DNA of 64,000 bases from Squalus acanthias (taxonomy: Eukaryota): NCBI GenBank assembly GCA_030390025.1, contig CM059430.1:61566001-61630000 (forward strand). The letters run 5' to 3'. Positions 46,292-59,859 of the stretch are shown in pieces. The notes under the pieces were generated by a model, which saw only the letters and a program-made list of their open reading frames with translations, was not told where the DNA came from and ran no database searches. The translations under genes were made by a program, and so were the position numbers. The stretch's first letter is position 1. Each line of letters begins with the position of its first letter.

Positions 46292-47112
46292 GGTAATATT
46301 AGAGTGCGGGATATGCTGGAGCATAAGGTTATATTTCGTGGTGGAATACTATTCTGGTGCTGCTTATGGATGCCAGTTTTGAGCTGCTAGATCTGTTCTG
46401 ATATGCATAACACGTGTCCTCAGTGTGAAGACAGGATTTTGTTGGTCACTGCTACCAATGTCATGGTGAGTTTTTTCAAGTTTTACTTGGTCAAATAGGA
46501 TTTTCCCTCGTGCTGGTTCTCTCACCAGCAGCCACAATCCCAGTCAGCCAACTCGGGCAGTATTGGTGCTACCGAGCCACTCTTGGTGATTGAAGTCCCC
46601 TAGCAGTACATTCTGTGCCCTCAGTGTTTCTTGCAAGTGCTGTTCAACATTCATCAGCTGAGGGCAGTAATCAGCAGGAGGATCCATGCCATGCGGAGTC
46701 AATGTTGAGGAATGCCACTCCCTTCCACTGGTGGTTCTGTCCTGCCGGTGGGACAGGCCGTACCCAGAGACTTTGGCTGATAGGTCAGTGTAGTCGGTCG
46801 GACAGCTCTCTCAATTTTGCCACAAGTTCCCAGATGTTAGTGAGAAGGACTTTGCAGGGTTGATTGGCTGGGTGTGCCTTGGTCAGGTCTGAATCCAATG
46901 CCGAGTGGTCCTGCTGCTTTATTCTTAATATAATTTTTTGTAGCAGTTTGATACAACTGAGTGGCTTGCATTTAAGAGTTAACTACATTCTATATTCCCC
47001 GGCACATGGGTCCGGAGTCACTTGTGGGCTAGACACGGTAAAAACAACCGGTTTCCTTCTCTAGAGGACATTAGTGAACCAGTTGGGATTTTACGACAAT
47101 CCGATAGCTTAA

Positions 47113-50100
47113 TAGAATCATAGAATGGTTACAGCACAGAAAGAGGCCATTCAGCCCGCCGAGCCCGTGCCAGCTCTGCAAGAGCACTTCAGCTTGTCCC
47201 CCTCCCCCGCCCTTTCTTCATAGCCCTGCAGATGTTTTTCGTTCTGGTACTTATCCAATTCCTTGTGAAAGTCACGATTGAGTTTGCCTCCATTAAACTT
47301 TCAGGCAGTGCATTCCAGATCCTAACCACTCGCTGTGTAAAAAAGTTTTTCCTCATGTCACCGTTGGTTCTTTTGCCAATCACCTTAAATCTGTGTCCTC
47401 TGGTTCTCGACTCTTCCACCAATGGAAACAGTTTCTCTCTCTCTACACTGTCTAGACCCCTCATGATTTTGAATACCTCTTTCAAATCTCCCCTCAACCT
47501 TTTCTGCTCTAAGGAGAACAACCCCAGCTTCTCTAGGCTATCCACGTAACTGAAGTCCCTCATCCCTGGATTCATTCTCGTAAATCTTTTCTGCACCCTC
47601 TTCACATCCTTCCTAAAGTGCAATGCCCAGAGTTGGACACAATACTCCAGTTGAGGCCGAACCAGTGTTTTATAAAGGTTCATCATAACTTCCTTGCTTT
47701 TGTACTCTATGCCTCTATTTATGAAGCCCAGTATCCGATATGCTTTTTAAACTTATTTCTCAACCTGCCCTGCCACAATCAACGATTTGTGCGCATATAC
47801 CCCCAGGTTTCTCTGTTAATGCACCCAGTTTAGGATTGTACCCTTTAGTTTATATTGCCTTTCCTCGTTCTTCCTACCAAAATGTATCACTTTGCTTTTT
47901 TCTGCATTAAATTGCATCTGCCATGTTACCGCCCATTCCTCCAGCCTGTCTATGTCTTCTTGAAGTCTCTCACTGTCCTCCTCACTGTTCACACTATAAT
48001 TTCAAGTTTTGTGTCATCTGCAAATTTTGAAATTCTTCCCTGTACTCCCAAGTCCAAGTCATTAATATATATCAAGAAAAGCAGTGGTCCTAGAACCGAC
48101 CCCTGGGGAACACCACTGTATACCGTCCTCCAGTCCGAAAAACAACCGTTCACCACTACTCTCTGTTTTCTGTCAATTAGCCAATTTTGTATCCATGCTG
48201 CCACAGTCACTTTTGTCCGTGGGCTTCAACTTTGCTGGCAAGCCTATTATGAGGTACTTTATCAAACGCCTTTTGGAAGTCCATGTACACCACCTCAACC
48301 GCATTGCCCTCATCAACCGCTCTGTTACCTCATCAAAAAACTCGATCAATTTAGTTGAACACGATTTGCCTTTAACCAATCCGTGCTGGCATTCCTTAAT
48401 TAATCCACAATTGTCCAAGTGACTGTTAACTTTGTCCCTGATTATGGTTTTTAAAAGCTTCCCCACCACCGTGGTTAAACTGACTGGCCTGTAATTGCTG
48501 GGATTATCCTTAGACCATATTTTGAACAAGGGTTTAACATTTGCAATTCTCCAGTCCTCTGGCACCACCACCATATCTAAGGAGGAATGGAAGATTATGG
48601 CCAGTACCTCTGCGATTTCCTCCTTAATATCCCTTAGCATCCGAGGATGCATTCCCACCGGCCCTGGTGACTTATCAATTTTTAGTACAGACAGCCTTTC
48701 TAGTACCGCCACTTTATCATTTTTTATCTCATCTGGTATCTCCACGACCTCCTATTTCACTATGACTTGGGCAGCATCTTCTTCCTTGGTGAAGACAGCT
48801 GCAAAGTACTCATTTAATACCTCAGCCATGCCCCCTGCCTCCATGCGTACGGCCCCTTTTTGGTTCCTAATTTGTCCCACCACTCCTCTTTCTACCCGTT
48901 TATTATTGATATGCCCATAGAAAACTTTTGATTCCCTTTTATGTTAGCTGCCAATCTATTCTCATACTCTCTCTTTTATTCTCAACCTGACATCTGTCAT
49001 ATGCGTGCTTCTTCTGCTTCATCTTACTCTCTATCTCCTTCATCATCCAGGGAGCTCTGGCTTTAGTTGCCATACCTTTCCCCCTCTTGGGAATGTACCT
49101 CGACTGTGCTCGAACCATCTCCTCTTTAAAGGCAGCCCATTTTTCGATTACAGTTTTGCCTGCCAATCTTTGATTCCAATTTACCTGGGCCAGATCAAAT
49201 CTCAACCCACTGAAATTAGCATTGCTCCAATTAAGTGCTTTTAATCTAGATTGCTCGCTGTCGTTTTCTATAGCTAATCTAAACCTTATGATACTATGAT
49301 CACTGTTCCCTAAATTTTCCCCAACTGATACTTGCTCCACTCCCCAGAACCAGATCCAGGAATGCCTCCTTCCTCGTTGGGCCAGAAACGTACTGATCAA
49401 GAAAGTTCTCTTGAACACACTTCAGAAATTCTTCCCCATCTCTGCCCTTTACACTATTACTATCCCAGTTTATATTAGGATAATTGAAGTCCCCAACAAC
49501 TTGGGAGCTTGGTAAGTGTGGGAGTTTTAAGGGTTAATCTCTTTTAAAATCTAGTGTTAATTGCTAGTAGCTCTTAAGTAAGATCAACTGTTTAAGTTAA
49601 ATTTTAAACTTTAAATTTTTAAGTTTCTTTCAGGCTTAAGCAGTGAAAACTTGAAGCTCTCCTACTGGAGAGCTGCTGTAGTCAGTTAAATAGCTAGCTA
49701 GATTAAACTGGTTCCTGAAACAATACCAGAGCAGTGGTGACTCACTTGAGTTACAAAAAGTATAAATACAGGGGCTTATGAGTGCAACCGGCACTAGGTG
49801 CAGTGGGCACAGAGTGAACAACTTGGGAATTTGGTAAGTGTGGGAGTTCGGAGTAGTGGGGGGAGGAGGTGCTGCTTTGCCTTGCTTTTCCTAACTTCTC
49901 CCGCAGAGCGGCGGCGGACCTGAGCGGGAGCAGCCCGAGGCCTTAGAGCGGGGATAAAAGCAGCAACAGACCTGCATCAACAAGAGAAAACGGCAGTGTA
50001 ACGTTACAGGTAAGGCAGGTAATTGATTGGTCGTGACTGTGGGCTAAGTTTTAAGTTAGCATATAGGATATAACTATATTTTTAAACCTAAACATAAATT

Positions 50101-53100
50101 AATTAATTTAATAAACTAAACAAAGTAAATAATTTGCTTAACACTAAACTAAATAATAAAATAAATAAAAGAAATGGAGAACAGGAGATGTGTTGCTGCT
50201 GCAATATGTTGTAGCTTGTGGACATTTTTGTCCATGGTGACTACATCTACGGTAAGTGTCTGTGGCTCGAGGAAATTCGGCTCCGAGTTGAGGAGCTGCA
50301 GACATTGCGAGACATCAGGGAGGGAGAAAGTTTATTGGACCTTTTGCTGCAGGAGGCAGCCAGACCCCTTAGATTAAATACTTTAGAATTGACACGTGGT
50401 CAGGGACAGGAGGGTGTCACTGCGAGTGAGGCAGGTACGGGGATCCAGCAGGGATTATTGCAGGAGCCTCAGTCCCTGCACTTGTCCAATAGATTCGAGG
50501 TTCTTGCAAACCTTGTGGACACGTTTGGGACTGCAGGGAGGATGAGCAAACTGATCACGGCACTGTGGTACAGCAAACCTTTCAAGTGGGGGGAGTAAAA
50601 AGGAAGGTGGTTGTAGTAGGCAACAGTATAGTCAGGGGGATAGACACTGTTCTCTGCAGCCAGGAGCATGAGTCCCGAAGGCTATATTGCCTATCCGGTG
50701 CCAGGGTGAAGGACATCTCCTCCGGGCTGGAGATTAACTTGGAGTGGGAGGGAGAGGACCTAGTTGTCGTGGTCCACGTAGGTACCAACGACATAGGTAG
50801 GATTAAGAAAAAGTTGCTGCTGAGAGAGTTTGAACAGCTAGGGACTAAATTGAAAAGCAGAACCACAAAAGTAATAATCTCTGGATTATTACCTGAGCCA
50901 CGAGCAAATTGGAATAGGGTTAATAGGATCAGGGAGATGGATGCATGGCTCAAAGATTGGTGTGGATATAGTGGGTTTCGATTCGTGGTGCACTGACACC
51001 AGTAATGGGGAAAGAGAGAGCTGTTTTGTTGGGACGGACTACACCTGAACCATGCTGGGACCAGAGTTCTAACAAATCGAATAACTATGGAGGTAGATAG
51101 GCCTTTAAACTAAATAAGGGTGGGGGGGAGAGTCCCAGTGGAGAGAAACCTAGAATGTTAAAGAAAAATACAAGGAAGCAGTGCAGGAAAGTGATTGGAG
51201 AATGGATAACCAGATTGTGTCTGGAAGGGATAGAGCGTACAAACAAAAGAGTGCTCTTACAAATAGGCTCCGGGTAAGAAAAAATGGTAATAAGACAAAT
51301 AGGGCCATAGTATAAAAAAATGTTAAGATGTCTAAAAATGTTAAAAAGACAAATCTAAAGGCACTGTATCTGAATGCACGAAGCATTCAGAATAAGGTAG
51401 ATGAAAATAACAGCGCAAATAGATGTAAACAGATGCGATATAATTGCGATTACGGAGACATGGCTGCAGGGTGACCAAGGCTGGGAGTTGAATATCCAAG
51501 GATATTCGATATTTAGGAAAGACAGGCAAAAAGGAAAAGCAGGTGAGGTGGCATTGTTAGTAAAGGATGAAATCAGAGCAATAGTGAGAAAGGATATTGG
51601 CACAGAAAATCAAGAATCAGTCTGGGTGCAGCTAAGAAGCACCAAAGGGCAGAAAACATTGGTGGGAGTTGTCTATAGGCCTCCAAATAGAAGTGATAAT
51701 GTAGGGGACTGCATCAAACAGGAAATTAGAGATGCATGTAACAAGGGTACTTCCGTAATCATGGGTGACTCTAATCTACATATGGACTGGCCAAACCAAA
51801 TGAGCAATAATACTGTGGAGGATGAATTCCTGGAGTGTGTACAAGATGTTTTTTTTAGAGCAGTACGTTGAGGAGCCAACTAGGGAACAGGCTATCCGAG
51901 ATTGGGTATTGTGCAATGATAAGGGGTTAATTAATAATCTTGTTGTGCGGGATCCTTTAGGGAAGACTGACCATAACATGATAGAATTCTTCATTAAGAT
52001 GGAACATGAAGTAGTCCAATCCGAAACTAGGGTCCTAAATCTATCCAAAGGCAACTACATAGTTATTAGGAGTGAGTTGGCTATGATAGATTGAGGAACC
52101 TCATTACAAGGCATGACGGTGGATAGGCAATGGCTAACATTTAAGGAACGAATGCATGAATTGCAACAGTTATACATTCCTTTCTGGCGCCAAATCACAA
52201 AAGGAAAAGCGCATACAACCATGGCTAACAAAAGAAATTAAGGATAGTATTAGATTCAAAGAGGAGTCATATAAACTTGCCAGAAAAAGTAGCAAGCCGG
52301 AGGATTGGGAGCAGTTTAGAATTTAGCAAAAAAGGACCAAGAGATTGATTAAGAGGGGAAAATAGAGTATGAGAGTAAACTTGCAAGGAACATAAAAGCT
52401 GACTGTAAAAGCTTCTACAAGTATGTAAAAAGAAAAAGATTAGTGAAGAGAAATGTAGGTCCCATACTGTCAGAAATGGGAGAATTTATAATGCGGAACA
52501 AGGAAACGGCAGAGCAATTAAACAGATACTTTGGTTCTGTCTTCATGGAAGAGGACACAAATAACTTCCCAGAAATGCTACGGAACCAAGGGTCTAGTGA
52601 GAAGGAGGAATTAAAGGAAATTAGTATTAGTAAAAAAATAGTGCTGGAGAAATTAATGGGACGGAAAGCCGATAAATCCCCAGGGCCTGATAATCTGCAT
52701 CCCAGAGTACTAAAAGAGGTAGCCATGGAAATAGTGGATGCTTTGGTTGTCATCTCCCAAAATTCTATAGATTTTGGAACAGTTCCTGCAGATTGGAGGG
52801 TCGCAAATGTAACCCCACTATTTAAAAAAGAAGGGAGAGAGAAAACAGGGAACTACAGACCGGTTAGCCTAACATCATTAGTAGGGAAATTGCTAGAGTC
52901 GATTATAAAGGATGTGATAACAGTACACTTAGAAAATATCAATGGGATTAGACAAAGTCAACATGGATTTATGAAAGGGAAATCGTGATTGGCAAACCTA
53001 CTGGAGTTTCTTGAGGATGTAACTGGTAGAATAGATAGGGAGAACCAGTGGATGTGTTGTTTTTGGATTTTCAGATGGCCTTTGATAAAGTCTCACATAA

Positions 53101-55780
53101 GAGGTTAGTGTGCAAAATTAAAGCACTTGGGGTTGGGGGTAATATACTGGCATGGATTGAAAATTGGTTAACAGTCAGGAAACAGAGAGTAGGAATAAAT
53201 GGGTCCTTTTCGGGGTGGCAGGCGGTGACTAGTGGGGTACCGCAGTGATCAGGGCTTGGGCCCCAGCTATTCACAATATATATCAGTGATTTGAATAAGG
53301 AACCAAATGTAATATTTCCAAGTTTGCTGACGACACGAAACTAGTTGGGATTGTGAGTTGTGAGGAGGATGCAAAGAGGCTTCAAGGCGATTTAGACAAG
53401 TTGAGTGAGTGGGCAAATGCATGGCAGATGCAGTATAACGTGGATAAATGTGAAGTTATCCACTTCGGTAGGAAAACCAGAAAGGCAGAGTATTATTTAA
53501 ATGGTGATAGATTGGGAAATGTTGATGTACAAAGGGACCTGGGTGTCCTTGTACACCAATCACTGAAAGTATACATGCAGGTGTAGCAAGCAGTTAGGAA
53601 GGCAAATGGCATGTTTGTCTTCATTGCAAGAGGATTTGAGTACAGGAGCAATGATGTCTTACGAGCAAGGATGTCTTACTACAGTTATACAGGCCCTTGG
53701 TGAGACCACACCTGTAGTACTGTGTGCAGTTTTGGGCTCCTTACGTAAGAAAGGATATATTTGCCATAGAGGGAGTGCAGCGAAGGTTATCCAGACTGAT
53801 TTCTGGGATGGCAGGACGGTCGTATGAGGAGAGATTGGGTCGACTAGGCCTGTATTCAATAGAGTTCAGAAGAATGAGGGGATCTCATTGAAACGTTTAA
53901 AATTCTGACAGGGCTAGACAGACTGGATGCAGGGAGGATGTTTCCCCTGGCTGAGGGGGGTGGGGGCGGTCTAGAACGAGGGGCCACAGTCTCAGGATAC
54001 GGGATAGATCATTTAGGACTGAGATGAGGAGAAATTTCTTCACTCAGAGGTTGGTGAACTTATGGAATTCTCTACCAGAGTCGGCTGTGGAGGCCAAGTC
54101 ACTGAATATATTTAAGAATGAGATAGATAGATTTCCAGACACAAAAGGCATCAAGGGGCATTGGGAGAGAGCGGAAATATGGTATCGAGATAGAGGATCA
54201 GCCATGATCATATTGAAAGGCGGAGCAGGCTCGAATTGCCTAATCCTGCTACTATTTTTCTATGTCTATTTTTCTATTACTACTCTTTGGTTCTTGCACC
54301 TCTCTGTAATTTCCCTGCAAATTATGCTGCTCTATACTTTCCCATTAGCTGGTGGCCTGTAAAATACATCAAGTAGTGCAATGGCACCGCTATAACTTCT
54401 TAACTCTAACCAAATAGAACCCGTCCTTGACCCCTCCAGGACGTTCTCTTTCTCCAGTACTGTAACATTCTCCTCAACTAATACTGCCACCCACCTCCTT
54501 TCTTTCATTCCCTTTCTTTCCTGAACACCTTATATCCAGGAATATTTAAAAACCAATCCTGCCCTTTTTTGAGCCAGGTCTCCATAATCGCTATGACATC
54601 ATATTCCCATGTGGCTATTTGCGCCTGCAGCTCACCAACTTTATTTACCATGCTTCATGCGTTTAACCACATGCACTATAAAGCTGCCTTAGATCTTCTT
54701 GTATGCTCTCCTGTTCTGACCCCACCTAATACAATACTCTTTCTTACTCTAGTGCCATCTGTTCTCCCCATCCTATGTGCACTTTGTTTCTTCTTTCTAA
54801 TGCTACATCCTGGTCCCCAGCCCCCTGCCAAATTAGTTTTAACTCTCCCCAACAGCGTTAGCCCCCACCCCGCGAGGCCATTGGTTCCGGCTCTATTGAG
54901 GTGCAAACCCGCCCGGCCTGTACAGGTCGCACCTCCCCCAGAACCAGTCCCAATCTCTCAGTAATCTGAAGCCCTCCCTCCTGCACCATCTCTCCAGCCA
55001 TGCATTCATCTGCTCTATCCTCCTATTTCTATACTCACAAGCTCGTGACACAGGGAGTAATCCAGAGATTACTACTTCTGAGGTCCTGATCTTTAATCTC
55101 TTTCCTAGCTCCCTTAAATCTACCTGCAGGACCTTCACCCTTTTTTTCTACCTATGTCCACGACCTCTAACTGTTCACCCTCCCCCCTCAGAATGTTCTG
55201 CAGCCGCTCGGTGACATCCTTGACCTGGTACCAGGGAGGCAACATACAATCCTGGAATCAAGTCTGTGGCTGCAGAAACGCCTGTCTGTTCCCCTAACTA
55301 TCGAATACCCTACCACTATTGCCTTCCCAATGTTCCTCTTCCCCTACAGCTGAGCCACCCATGGTGCCGTGGATTTTGCTCTGGCTGTACTCCCCAGAGG
55401 AACCATCACGCTCACCAGGAAAGCGAGATGCACTCATGGGATGCCTGAGCTACCTGCCTGGTCCTCCTTGTCTGTTTGATGGTCACCAGTCCCTATCTGC
55501 CTGCACACTCTTATGCTGCGGGGTGACCACCTCCTCAAACTTGCTATCCACGTAGCTCTCAGCCTCAACGATGCACCGCAGTGACACCAGCTGCAGCTCA
55601 AGCTCCAAAACACAGAGCTTGAACTCCTCGAGCTGACGACACTTCCTGCACATGTGATTGTCCAGGACACGGGAAGCATCCTGGATTTCCTTGCATGACA
55701 CAGGATGTGTATTCCACGGGACTGAGGTGCCCTGCCATGCCTCTATTTATTCAACTTTTAACTAACTTAGAGAAATAAAC
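47113..55780 (-). mobile_element. Near-full-length decayed CR1, host of a + strand CR1
   Basis: Tail at 47113, RT at 47189-48745, APE to 49494, resuming at about 54270 (gaagtcccc|attactactct). ORF1 at 54840-55738. Confidence 0.85.
49495..54270 (+). mobile_element. Full-length decayed CR1 (5' UTR, ORF1, ORF2, tail)
   Basis: 5' UTR at 49495-50173, ORF1 fragments at 50174-51110 (VVVVHVGTNDIG), ORF2 fragments at 51350-54190 with stops and frameshifts, tail to about 54268. Confidence 0.9.
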
Positions 55781-55790
55781 TTAAGACCTA

Positions 55791-56567
55791 GGGCTAGAAA
55801 TTGGCCTCCTTTGCGCTTCCCATTATCGCCTCCGGGGAGTGATAACGGGGCACTAATGACTTACCGACTGGGCGGGGCGATAGAAACGACTCCTGCAAAA
55901 TTCAATCAGGGGATAGCGCTAGTGGTAATATTTATCACCTCGATCTGCTCTGCCCTGGAGATCGTGATGTTATCCGGTCTGCGTTGCCCCGTTACTGCGC
56001 AAACTGATCACAAATTCACTTCCGCCCCCTGCAGCTTTGCCGGGTGTCACCAATGGCAGCTTCAGGAGCCGTTGTGACCTCGGCTGGCTGCTTGGCGAAT
56101 GGCAATTAAAGGGATTCGTGGTCAGGTAGGCCAAAAAAATGTTCTCACCTCTTAGTGCTGTTTGTTTAAATTTTTAATTGCTGCAATTGATCAGCCTTGC
56201 ACTCTCTTAGAGTGCTTGGGGCTGCTCCACATGGATAGTGCATGACATCGCTGACCCATCCCCAGCCTTACCTTTAACTGCTGTGAGCATTGGCTGTTCC
56301 CTTTAAAGGAGAGATTGAGCCTGTGAATCCAGCAGCGCTGCACGGAACATTGATTAGCATTCCGCCGATACCACTCCTCTCACTCCGATACCACCCCTCT
56401 TACTCCCTTCCGCTAAGGGAAGTGGTAGCGCTTGATTTAGCGCTCCACTTCCCTCTGGAGTGCTAATTGAATTTCGCAGGAGCCTCTCATCACTAGAGCC
56501 TGGTGATAATTTTTCCGCTTCCATAGTTTTAGCGCCCCAAACCAGGCTATAATGAATTTCTCCGCCC
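55791..56567. mobile_element. Non-autonomous Harbinger derivative (MITE family D)
   Basis: Imperfect TIRs GGGCTAGAAATT / AATTTCTCCGCCC. The left subterminal sequence is the reverse complement of the Harbinger end at about 8355-8390. Confidence 0.7.
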
Positions 56568-56623
56568 AAGAGTCTTAAAAGTCGGGCCTACCTTTATTTC
56601 TGGCCGCTTCTCTCGCTTTCTTT

Positions 56624-57457
56624 GGGCTGAATTTTGTCAGCCCTGGGGAGGTGGGTTTGGAGGCGAGACTACCGGGAAAATGGCAGAAATTGGGGGTGCA
56701 GAACTTGGGGGTGGGTGCCCAACCCGCCTCTGTGCCATCTTGCCAGGAGGCAGGAAGCCGTCCCGCACGGGGTCCCGTCTCCTTGGAGGTGGGAATGGAT
56801 TTTAGCCAATTAATTGCCTGTTAACAGGTAGTTAACAGGCAGTTAAGAGGATAATCCCCATTTTGCCCACACAAGTGCGGGCTTCCCGAAGGCTCCAATA
56901 CCCGCCAGGGTCACCGAGGCAAATAGTGGGTCTGCAGGGGTTGGAGGGGTCCAAAGGTGTGCTCTGGAGGTGAGTGATGGGTGCAAGTGTGGAGAGGTGA
57001 TTATCTGAGGTAAGTGGAAAGTGTAGGAAAAAGTGTACTTACCTTTGTTTCTTCCTGCAGGCTTCAGTCAGTGGGTATGTGGAGAGTCGCGGTAGAGATG
57101 ACAGATGGCCGTTGCATTCTCCAATGCAACAACCATATAATTTCTGCAAAAGAAAGAGGATTGATGAGGTCTTGAATTCAAGAACTCATAAAACTACAGA
57201 GAATGTCAGTGTTTGACAGCTTCACACAGCTGTCAAACGATGACAATTCATCCGTCAAAAATTTTTGACAGATGAAACATCACACGTTGACGTTCTCTGT
57301 AACGGCTTTCCCGTAATTGGCCTGCTAAGCCCGCTGGGCGGGTTTAACAAGATCAATCAAGGGAAAATAGCGTGGGTTGGCCAGAAGTTGATGGAGGCGG
57401 GACTGAAACCGGACAAGTCGGAGTCCCGCCTCCAAAAGCTCCCCATTGGCAAAAACC
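56624..57457. mobile_element. MITE family C
   Basis: Starts GGGCTGAATTTT, has subterminal inverted motifs TTTGGAGGCG / CGCCTCCAAA, and is homologous to 1637-2410. Confidence 0.6.
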
Positions 57458-58688
57458 AGAGTCTTTATTCACGCAGTTAAGTTAGTGAGACTAAAACGCT
57501 AATACTCACCCACCAATCACATATCTGCTGACCTGTGACGTCACTCCTTGATTTTTTACCTTTATTGTCTATGAATTTATCTGATCTCTGGCTATTCGTG
57601 TTATCTTTAATCCTTCCTTTAGTTTGTCCTTTACTCTCTTTTCTTGATTAATTTATTGTTCGGTTTTTGTAATTTCTTGCATTCCCCCCCCCCTCCTTCC
57701 ATGTTATTATTTTAAAGTCTTATTTACAGTCCTAGTTATCCTTTCCTCTAGGACCTCGGACCCAGCCCGGTTCAGGTGCAGCCCGTCCCAATAGTACAGC
57801 TCCTTCCTGCTCCAGTACTGGTGCCAGTGTCCCATTAAATGGAACCCATCCTTCCCACACCACTCCTATAGTTAAGTATTGACTTTCCTAATCTGTTTGT
57901 CTCTATAACAATTTCCACGTGGCTCAGGTAATAATCCGAACAAAAGTGAAAAACCGGACCTCACACGTAATAATCCCGAGATTATTACCCGTGCAGTCCT
58001 GGTTTTCAAGTTAGCTCCTAACTCTTGATACTCTCTTAGATAAAGTCTTTATTCACGCAGTTAAATTAGAGAGACTAAAACGCTAATACTCACCTGCCAA
58101 TCACCTACCTGCTGACCTGTGACGTCACTCCTTGATTTTTTTACCTTTATTGTCTATGAATTTATCCGATCTCTGGCTATTCGTGTTATCTTTAATCCTT
58201 TCTTTAGTTTGTCCTTTACTCTCTTTTCTTGATTAATTTATTGTTCGGTTTTTGTAATTTCGAGCATTCCCCCCCCTTCCATGTTATTATTTTAAAGTCT
58301 TATTTACAGTCCTAGTTATCCTTTCCTCTAGGACCTCGGTCCCAGCCCGGTTCAGATGCAGCCCGTCCCAATGGTACAGCTCCTTCCTGCTCCAGTACTG
58401 GTGCCAGTGTCCCATGAAATGGAACCCATCCTTCCCACACCACTCCTATAGTTAAGTATTGACTTTCCTAATCTGTTTGTCTCTATAACAATTTCCACGT
58501 GGCTCAGGTAATATTCCGAACAAAAGTGAAAAACCGGACCTCACACGTAATAATCCCGAGATTATTACCCGTGCAGTCCTGATTTTCAAGTTAGCTCCTA
58601 ACTCCTGATACTCTCTTAGATAGAGTCTTTATTCACGCAGTTAAGTTAGAGAGACTAAAACGCTGATACTCACTCACCAATCACCTAA
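57458..58688. repeat. Tandem repeat, about 580-bp unit x 2.1, built from CR1 5' UTR and ORF1 pieces
   Basis: GTCTTTATTCACGCAGTTAA recurs at 57461, 58045 and 58625 (periods 584 and 580), and the units are nearly identical. Confidence 0.95.
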
Positions 58689-58689
58689 T

Positions 58690-59320
58690 CTTTCCTTTAT
58701 TGGCGAAGGCATGCAATATAAGAGCCAGGAGGTTATGTTTGAACTGTATAAAACACTAGTTAGCCCACAGCTAGAGTATTGCGTACAGTTGTGGTCACCA
58801 GATTACAGGAAGGATGTGATTGCTCTGGAGAGGGTACAGAAGAGATTTACGAGGATGTTGCCAGAACTGGAGAATTTCATCTATGAGGAGAGATTGGATA
58901 GGCTGGGGTTGTTTTCTTTGGAACAGAGGAGGCTGATGGGCGACCTGATTGAGTTGTATAAAATTATGAGGAGCCTAGATAGAGTGGATAGGAAGGACCT
59001 ATTTCCTTTAGCAGAGAGATCAATAACTAAGGGGCATAGATTAAAATAATTGGTCGAAGGATTACAGGGGAGTTGAGGAGAAACCTTTTCACTCTGAGGG
59101 TGGTGGGGGTCTGGAACTCACTGTCTGAAAGGGTGGTTGAGGCAAAAAGCCTAATCACATTTGAAAAGTACTTGGATATGCAATTGAAGTGCCAGAACCT
59201 ACAGGGCTACGGACCAAGAGCTGGAAAGTGGAATTAGTCTCGACAGCTCCTTTTCATCCGTCACAGACGCAATGGTCCGAAAAGCATCCTTCTGTGCCAT
59301 AAATATCTATGATTCTCTGT
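58690..59320 (+). mobile_element. CR1 3' fragment
   Basis: ORF 58711-59049 (YKTLVSPQLEYCVQLWSP) plus tail. Confidence 0.85.
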
Positions 59321-59859
59321 TGTTGGTTCCGACATCGAGCACAACAATGAAATCCTCCTCTCCACTTCCAGTATATTTACTATCCATTTCGAGATTTCCC
59401 TTACTCTAGCACCGGGTACGCAAAATTCCCTTCGGGAATCTGGATCCCTGGCTGAGATGACCTAATTATAGAATCCCCCATAACTTCAACCTTTCTATTC
59501 TGCTTCTCCTCCTTTGGAGAAGTTTCTGCTCCATAGTGCCTTGTCCGGCATTCTGGCTGTCCTTCCCACAGTCTTCTACCTTATCCTCACAGGTATCAAC
59601 TACTTTGTACTGATTGGGTAATTCTGATGGACCTCCTTCACTACCTCTCCTACGTTGCTCTTACTCAGTTGACTGACAGTCGCACTCGCCCCTTCCTGTA
59701 CCTATTCTTTCCTCTGATGTGTAACTGTATTCTGGCGTAAATTAGGCAGTAATTCCTCCGCCTCCCTTATGTGTCGGAGTGTTTCTAGCTCACACTCCTG
59801 CTCAGTGATTCTGAACCAGAATGTCTCGAAGCAGAGACATTTCTTGCAGATATGTTTTA

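Larger units (their letters stand above)
43280..47112 (-). mobile_element. Decayed second-family LINE including its 5' UTR, split by a CR1 and a Penelope-derived insert
   Basis: 43280-43415 joins 45330-47112. 46850-47105 is homologous to the reverse complement of 22690-22975. Confidence 0.7.
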
